From: Octopus vulgaris
Lineage: Eukaryota
Direction of reading: 5' to 3'
Length of the DNA: 64,000 nucleotides
Assembly (NCBI GenBank): GCA_951406725.2
Contig: OX597819.1
Coordinates: 14,694,001-14,758,000 of the forward strand
Numbering within the stretch: the stretch's first letter is position 1; every line of letters starts with the position of its first letter. Below the pieces are notes generated by a model. The model was given only the letters and a program-made list of their open reading frames with translations. It searched no databases and was not told the origin of the DNA. A program made the translations under genes and the position numbers. Below are positions 55,859 through 64,000 of the stretch, piece after piece.

Positions 55859-57014
55859 GGTGGTGTTTGATCAGAGGTTGAGGATGGAAAAAAATTAATT
55901 TTGCAATGCAATGCAATCATTCTAGTGTTCGAGTCCCAAGCTGAATTCCAACTGTTGGCCAGTTTGTTCCAAATTTCTTATCTCGACGAAGCGAATGTCA
56001 TTTATCTCCCCCTTAATCTCTGATGTCATCTGACAAACGCCACCAAGATGGCGTGAATGTATCAAGCTTTACCTGCTAGAAATAACAACTCAAATGCTTT
56101 TAAGTCAGATCCCAATGCTGGGTGTTCAAGAACCAAATGAAGGGCAGGTTTTCAATCCCTGGATCGTCCTGATTCCAAAAATGTATACTATGTCTATATA
56201 GAGCAAATGTAGTCTGAGATACAGGGGTCCCAGACAGACGGACAGAATTTCGCTTTTATTATTATAGATTAACGAAGCTCGCTTCGTTGTAGGAAATAGG
56301 TGCAATTAAGGGAGATAACTGCAAAAAGACCAATGTCTTAAACAAAATAACATTTATCTCTAATCTACTTATCACTCTTAGACTATGTTTACAACATTTA
56401 TGGATTATCGGGATTAAGAGAATAGGCTGAAAAGATCATAGGCTGATTATGAAAGAATGATGCTAGAGCCGTGAAATTTTGTATACAGTAATTTCAACTC
56501 TTCTTATTAATAACTATATTGTTTCTTTCCAGGTAAACTAACATCTGATTGTGCAAAGAAAACTTCAGAAGTAACTCGCATCGGCTTCTCCTGAAAATGA
56601 AGAAAATCTGACATCGTGGTACGATGAAGTCCCTACAGAAAAAGGGTTTAGTTTGTAGAGAAAGGAATACTGCATCATTTTGGTTTCGTTTCCTTTTAGA
56701 CTAATTAGATCTGTGCAGGAGTGATTAAATTTCACTAATTTAATTCGTTTAAATATCATTAAAGTAACATAATTTAATTATTCTTCTTTTCTAATTTCAT
56801 TATAACTCATGATCACAAAATTGTAATAACATTTCGATTGGGATTATCTGAATTTATTAAATATAGGGAGGCTGAGACATTGAATCTTTTTTACTTACAT
56901 TTACGTTCGTAAACTTGTCTCTCTATTTCTATATTATAAACACTGCGTATAATGTTGTTTCATGTAGAGATGCATTTTTAGGAACGTATCTAGGAGCGCT
57001 AAACAAAGCACTAC

Positions 57015-57060
<46 letters not shown>

Positions 57061-57128
57061 TATAATATCATATATGTATGCATAAATGTATGTGTGTATA
57101 TATAAATACATATATACATATTATGTGC

Positions 57129-57198
<70 letters not shown>

Positions 57199-57244
57199 CA
57201 ATAATAAATCTCTGAACGAGATATATATATACGTTTATATGTAT

Positions 57245-57299
<55 letters not shown>

Positions 57300-57304
57300 C
57301 ACAC

Positions 57305-57388
<84 letters not shown>

Positions 57389-57393
<5 letters not shown>

Positions 57394-57422
57394 GTAAATA
57401 TAATATATTATATTTACAGATA
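57389..57422. repeat. Perfect 34-bp palindrome
   Basis: TATCTGTAAATATAATA|TATTATATTTACAGATA. Confidence 0.85.
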
Positions 57423-57497
57423 AATTCCTCTATTTACATAATACCGAGGTCTCTTTCATTCTTTTGTTGTCTTACCATTTCAATCAATATATATATA

Positions 57498-57531
<34 letters not shown>

Positions 57532-57628
57532 TACAGTGAGGCAGAAAGCGAGTGGGAGAAGAAGAGTGAGAGAGAGAAATAGAGAAGGCAAGTGAGAAAT
57601 AAATGAACGGATAGACAAACAAATCGAC

Positions 57629-57668
<40 letters not shown>

Positions 57669-57717
57669 GGATGGATGGATGGATGGATGGATGGATGGAT
57701 GGATGGATGGATGGATG

Positions 57718-57787
<70 letters not shown>

Positions 57788-57792
57788 CAGAC

Positions 57793-57862
<70 letters not shown>

Positions 57863-58992
57863 GAAGACATTTCTGGTTGTAGTTAACGGATAAATTATAG
57901 GAAGAGAAAGATTAACGGACAAATGATGTTGACCATGTGCAACAGTGGTAGACATTAAAGGATGGTGAAAGATTGAGCAAAGACCGTGGAAGAGGTGTTG
58001 GGGAAGAGAGGGTCTTAATGAGTTCTCAGTAGTGACAACCAGATACAGGAGAGACACAGGAAGGAGGAAGACTGAAACACCAACTCATCTCGTTTTCCAA
58101 ATTTTGCAAAATCACCCCTTAACCCCCGCATGCCCGTTTGGATATGAAGTGGGTAGGGTTGAGTAAATCGTTTGAAAATTTCGAGAATTAACCCAAGTGA
58201 AATATATTCAGGACAAAATATGTTGGACTGTGAGAGAAGAACGATGGTTCTCCAGAGAGCGATTAACGGGCAAGTGACGGGAATGGCAGCCGAGGGAGCG
58301 AGCGTGGGAAGGAGGTGCGGTTAGAGATAAAAGAGTGTATATTAGATTGAAGTGAGACAAAGCAATTAAAACAAGGAAGAAGAAAACTAATGGTTCTACT
58401 CAAATATAAATCTAGTCGTGACCTCCACACACCAAAAAAAATTGTCTACGTGTGTAGTCATGTCAGGGGACGTTTATTCGTTCTCATCCATTGGTACTGT
58501 CACTAGGGGTCAAGTATGTTCGCTCTTCATTCTCATTCTTTCAATGGCTGCGTTTCTTGCAGTTTTTTTTTATCACCACACCCCCACCCCCTTACATGTG
58601 TAGGCACACACACATAGACATACATACATAGACACACACACACAGACATAGACATACACATACACACACAGACATAGACACATACACACATAAACACACA
58701 CACATACATAGACACACATACACACACCATACACACATACACATACGCACACACACATACACACACACACACACACAATACATACACACACGCACACATA
58801 GACACACACACACATACACACATTCACGCACACATATCAGAAGCAGGCATAGCTGTCTGGTAAGTTTGCTTCCTAACCACATGGGTTCGGTCCCACTGCA
58901 CGGCACCTTGCGCAAGTGTCCTCTACTACAGCCTCAGGCTGGCCAATACCTTATGAGTAGATCTGATAGACAGAAACCGAAAAAAAAGACTG

Positions 58993-59054
<62 letters not shown>

Positions 59055-59071
59055 ATATATATATATATATA

Positions 59072-59321
59072 GCTGTTATCTCCCCTACTGTCCCTCTCGC
59101 GTCTGACCACTGTCCGAAGTCAGGACGCCATGATAGATCGTTAGCGCCTACACGCATTTTTTTCTCTCCTTGTTTCTTTTCTGTGTATCTTTCTGTCGAA
59201 GAGCGTAGGCTCGAAACGTAAAAGACTTGTTTTATTTCTATTCCTGAGCGCCATACTAATACATTTGTTTGTTTGTACTCCACCTGCCTTCGTCTTTTGT
59301 TTATTTCCGTAAACCTTCCCG

Positions 59322-59322
<1 letters not shown>
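59072..59322 (+). mobile_element. Family B element
   Basis: TCTTT-CTGTCGA-a-GAGC-gtag-GCTC-GAAAC-GTA-AAAGA at 59188-59225; (TA)n on both sides. Confidence 0.75.
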
Positions 59323-59398
<76 letters not shown>

Positions 59399-59418
59399 TA
59401 TATACATACATACATACA

Positions 59419-59454
<36 letters not shown>

Positions 59455-59490
59455 TATACATATATATTAGAAGCTTTGGAGATATATACA

Positions 59491-59925
59491 AATACCACAG
59501 ATTTACTTGTCAGTTGTTTGACCTTTACCATTTGAACTGTCCCTTAGTGGATGACGATATGTGCATCTCTGATCACGAGCAGAAGTATTGGGGGAGCATT
59601 ATAGCCATGTGTTGAGAGGAATTCTTCAGGAGTTAAAGTACTTCACCTCTGGAAACATGGATGTTTCATTCATCATCCTTAAACAACCCTTATTTAGGGA
59701 CCTTTTGAACGGGATTGGCTACTTGACCTGAAGAAAATTCTTACTGGACTGCACCTGGAAGGACACGCGTCGTTAATCTTGATATGAGATCACCATGTCG
59801 CGCACATATGGTTGTGATGCATGTGCCTGGTGTACCCTCATCAGACGGGTAGTCATGACAGGTACATTAGGCTTCATATATTTTACCCCAGTGTCACTTT
59901 GATGGCATGCACTTCTCTCTCACTC
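59491..59925 (+). mobile_element. 5'-truncated family T element
   Basis: Colinear with about 3282-3717; followed by taataataa. Confidence 0.8.
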
Positions 59926-60082
59926 AGTAATAATAATAAGGCGTTGAGCTAGCATAATGGTTAGTATGTATGTGTGTATGTATGTATGTATGAATGAATG
60001 TATGTATGTATGTATGTATGTATGTATGTATGTATGTATGTATGTATGTATGTATGTATGTATGTATGTATGTATGTATGTA

Positions 60083-61473
60083 TTGGGTTGTCAAATAAAC
60101 TCCTTCGTTTCTTTCCAATGTTATTTGAATTAACAAGAAAAGTATTTTTATCGTAGAGTTTTATGGGTGTTTTGTAGCTCTGGAACTTGTGTTTATAGTC
60201 TTTGAAATTTGAACAAATCATTTCCTGCACCTGCTTCTCTTTGCTTCAAGCTGCCAAAAACTGCTCCAGATATTTATGTTGTAAATAGAGAAGGCACTAT
60301 TGCTAAAAGAACTGAACAGAAATTGTTTTTACGCTTCAAGGAGAGGATGTTCGGCCCCATAGTCACCCCTACGTTCCGATTGACCTGCTCAGTTCAGCAG
60401 GGATCGATTGCAGGGGTTCATCGAGAAGGATCCGAGTCAATCCATTACGAATTGGCCCAGCAGATGGGATTCTCTCATGATACCGTCATCCCTCACTTCA
60501 TTCAACGGGTAATGATCAAAATCTTGGTGGATGAGTACAACATGGTCTGAAAAAAAGAGACAAAATCCAGCACACATCTACCACTGCGAGTTTGCACAAC
60601 CGACAGCTGGAGCAAGTCAAGCCAGACTCACAACCACGCAAGACAACGATCTGCATTTGGTGTTTGTTTGTTGAGCGAAGCGGTCTTCGTCCCAGAGTGG
60701 AAGAAGTCCGAAACGTGGTTCTTTGCTATTCGTAAGACCCGCAAAAGAGAAAGCAGGTCAACCCCTGACACCGAGAGCATCGACGGGTGGGTGAATATGC
60801 ATCCAGGCTCAGCGGTTGCGTAGGAAGTCGGGGATAAGAAACAGGAAGAAAGAGTAAGAGAAAGTTGTAGCGAAAGAGTACAACAGGGGTCGCCACCCCC
60901 ACCCCCCTGCCGGAGCCTCGTGGAGCTTTAGGTGTTTTCGCTCAATAAACACACACAACGCCCGGTCTGGGAATCGAAACCGCAAGTCCGCTGCCCTAAC
61001 CACTGGGCCATTGCGCCTCCTGCAGTTGGTGTTCCTGAGAAGGGCTAATCCACTAATAATGCTTTGAAAGAACACCAAAGTCAGTGCAGAGATTTACGTT
61101 CATCAGAACGGAGTAGAGCAGCCGAAACGACCCGACCGGCCACACAAAGTGCTTCTTCAACATGACAACGCTCGCTCATACGACGCTAATTTGTCCAAGA
61201 CTGCCATTGAAGAACTTTCAGATTATTACTTATCTGGGTCTTAATTTTTGTAGTGTGCAGTTTATTTCATGCAACAACGACCCGAAAGTGAAGTTTTCAT
61301 TGGAGGAATTCATCGAGAAAGACTCGGTGATTTCTACCGTCAAGACATTAACAAGTCGTGAACAATGAGGAAGAACATATTATTGACAGATTTGTTAATA
61401 CTGGTGATTAAAAAAAAAATAAGGATTAAAATAAATGGGCCACATGCGGGTGTGGAATTATCTGACAACCCTA
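60083..61473 (+). mobile_element. Decayed mariner transposon with nested SINE
   Basis: Imperfect TIRs ttgggttgtcaaataaactcc / ggaattatctgacaacccta; LLQHDNAR motif near 61152. Confidence 0.7.
60663..61020 (-). mobile_element. SINE S3 head with alternative tail C
   Basis: S3 head and body 60840-61020, then an unrelated tail ending in (CAAA)n. Confidence 0.75.
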
Positions 61474-61547
61474 AAATATATGTATTTGTCTATACATGTG
61501 TAAATATACGTGTATAGGTATGTGTGTGCGGGTATAATTTCATGTAT

Positions 61548-61598
<51 letters not shown>

Positions 61599-61704
61599 AT
61601 AAATATAAGAGAGTGGTCACTATGTGGCTCACTCTAGCACCAGTTAATCCAAAAGGTTTCAACCACGAAAATATGTTTCCCATGAAAGTCAGTACGATTG
61701 TTAG

Positions 61705-61748
<44 letters not shown>

Positions 61749-61786
61749 GTATGAGTAAGTATCTCATTTATTTCTTTTTGCCACAT

Positions 61787-61841
61787 GTATCACTGACGAA
61801 GGGAGGGCTGTTATAAGCTAAACCTGAAATCGCTCCGATAT
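61787..61841 (+). ncRNA. Minimal hammerhead ribozyme motif in a family D-related element (about 61750-62095)
   Basis: GTATCA-CTGACGA-AGG..CCT-GAAA-TCGC-TC-CGATAT; downstream tatgctggccattgataa matches family D. Confidence 0.55.
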
Positions 61842-62093
61842 GGTAATAATGGAATGTTTTAGAAATTTCTGTCGACCTTTTTTCGAGTAGCGTGCATATT
61901 GTGAAAAAATTATGTGGTCAATGGACAATATGTCCAATTTTTCGGCATATCTGGCATTAGAAATTTTTTCGTTTGCCCTTAATTATGAATTGTTTATAGA
62001 TTTAACCTTTAAAGGTATTTTTTGATATGCTGGCCATTGATAAAATTTTTTTTGGAAAAGAATATTTTTTTCGAAAAAATTTTACCCTACATT

Positions 62094-62148
<55 letters not shown>

Positions 62149-62682
62149 TGTGAGTATCTGTGTATACATATATATGTATACATGTGTGCGTGTGTGTGAG
62201 GGGAGACAGAACGGGTGAAAGTATGCGTACGTGTGCGTGTTTGTCATAGACAAACAGACGAAGGAAGTTAGACAGAGAGACATTTATTTAATATATAGCC
62301 TGTTGGTTGGCTGGTGGGGTGGTGGGTTGGTGCATTTGTCCTCTGAGTTGATACATTAAATGGCTAAGGAGATGCTTCAGTATAATTGTTGTTTACTCAA
62401 ACAACATTACGGCCATAACATGTTTTATTTTGTGTCGCGCTAGTAAGCGTCCGTGACGACCTTTCGGTCCGAAAATGTCAACTTCCGGTCAGGAATAAAT
62501 GTAAGCTATGGCGAGCTATGACTTACTGCCGTTGTGGCAGGCACAGCAAAAGGACCACACAAGAGTGTGAACGACCGAACTTGTTAGTTCTCACGTGAGC
62601 TGCAAAGGGCCAGGCTCGTCCTGAGATTTGAGAGTCAAGTTTGATAAATGGCCGTAGTTGACTTCAAACTGTACATAGATAC

Positions 62683-62761
<79 letters not shown>

Positions 62762-62999
62762 TGTATATATGTGTATATAGATACATACATATGTGTGTGT
62801 GTGTGTGCGTGTGTGTGATAAACGGTAGAATGTTTCTGTGTGGTTGAAGAAATTCACTTCTGCCATCTTAGGTATTTCTTGGTATATTCTTAGGATGACA
62901 AAAAACATCTCAGCGACATTTAGTTTTCAGAAATTCTACAGATACGCGCACGCGCGCGCACACTCACATATACGGCTGTCTAACTATATGTATATGTAT

Positions 63000-63066
<67 letters not shown>

Positions 63067-63829
63067 TGTGTGTGTGTATGAATATATATATACATACACA
63101 CATATACAGGTATGTGTGTATGTATGTATGTATGTATGTATGTATGTATGTATGTATGTATGTATGCTTGCACGTATGTATATGAATTCTGTGTCCAAGG
63201 CTATCACCAATGATTGCAATGATGATATCAAAATAACACAAATATCCGGTATTTTTAAAATCTTAGACAAGAGAATATACCACCATCACTATATTCTTTT
63301 CTACTCTAAGCACAAGGCCCGAAATTTTGTGGAAGCGAGCCAGTCGATTTGATCGACCCCAGTACGCTACTGGTACTTAGTTTATCGACTCCTCGGCGGA
63401 ATTTGAACGCAGCCACCATCGTTATATTGTCAGCAGTGAGTGTGGGGAAACGTAAGTCGAGAGGTGCTTGCATAACAGTGCAACGACTCGCATCGTCTTA
63501 AATTAAGAAGACCCAAGACAAAGTGAAATAAGATATGTCTTAGCATTTTAACGGTTTTAATGACCGAGTAACTTTCTTCCCGAGACATGCTTTCACAACG
63601 CTTATATATCTATGATCCAGCATCGCTTGCTTTCTTTCTCAATTAATACTATGTTTGGCTTCCTATTCCCTACCTCATGGTTGCACTGAGTCATAAAATC
63701 CCATTGGATCTTTGCATTATCATTTTCGACGATGCCTTCGGAATAAATTATATTTTACTAATTTACATATACTATGAATCATTTGATACTTAATATAATA
63801 TATAATTTGTATACAATACTATACTCTTA

Positions 63830-64000
63830 CTCTTTACTCTTTTACTTGTTTCAGTCATTTGACTGCGGCCATGCTGAAGCACCGCCTTTAATCGAGCAAC
63901 TCGACCTCGGGACTTATTCTATTGGTACTTACTGTATCGGTCACTTTTGCCGAACCGCTAAGTGACGGGGACATAAACACGCCAGCATCGGTTGTCAAGC
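63830..64000 (-). mobile_element. SINE S2 3' part running off the window
   Basis: tactcttttacttgtttcagtcatttgactgcggccatgctg matches the S2 tail. Confidence 0.85.

Noticed and set aside
56420-56625. Possible mariner 5' end
   Set aside because: No partner TIR and no recognisable transposase motif.
62449-62482. Hammerhead-like gtgacgacctttcggtccgaaa
   Set aside because: No CTGA core and no stem I.

Overview
AT-rich, repeat-saturated eukaryotic DNA with no confidently identifiable host gene. The SINE repertoire, microsatellite load and Dong/R4 LINEs look like a coleoid cephalopod, probably Octopus (inference). Almost all ORFs in the track are microsatellite translations. Contents: at least four tRNA-derived SINE families, some as tandem multimers; 5'-truncated Dong/R4-clade LINEs in (TAA)n arrays; Tx1/L1-, CR1- and RTE-like fragments; decayed maT (DD37D), mariner and pogo transposons; non-autonomous Helitrons and HINE-like elements. 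The most notable signal is about 11 minimal hammerhead-ribozyme motifs in four short-element families resembling Penelope-like element termini. One is a head-to-head palindromic element with tRNA heads and hammerhead tails (47118-49571), split by a Dong LINE. Most coordinates were read by eye and are approximate to a few bases.
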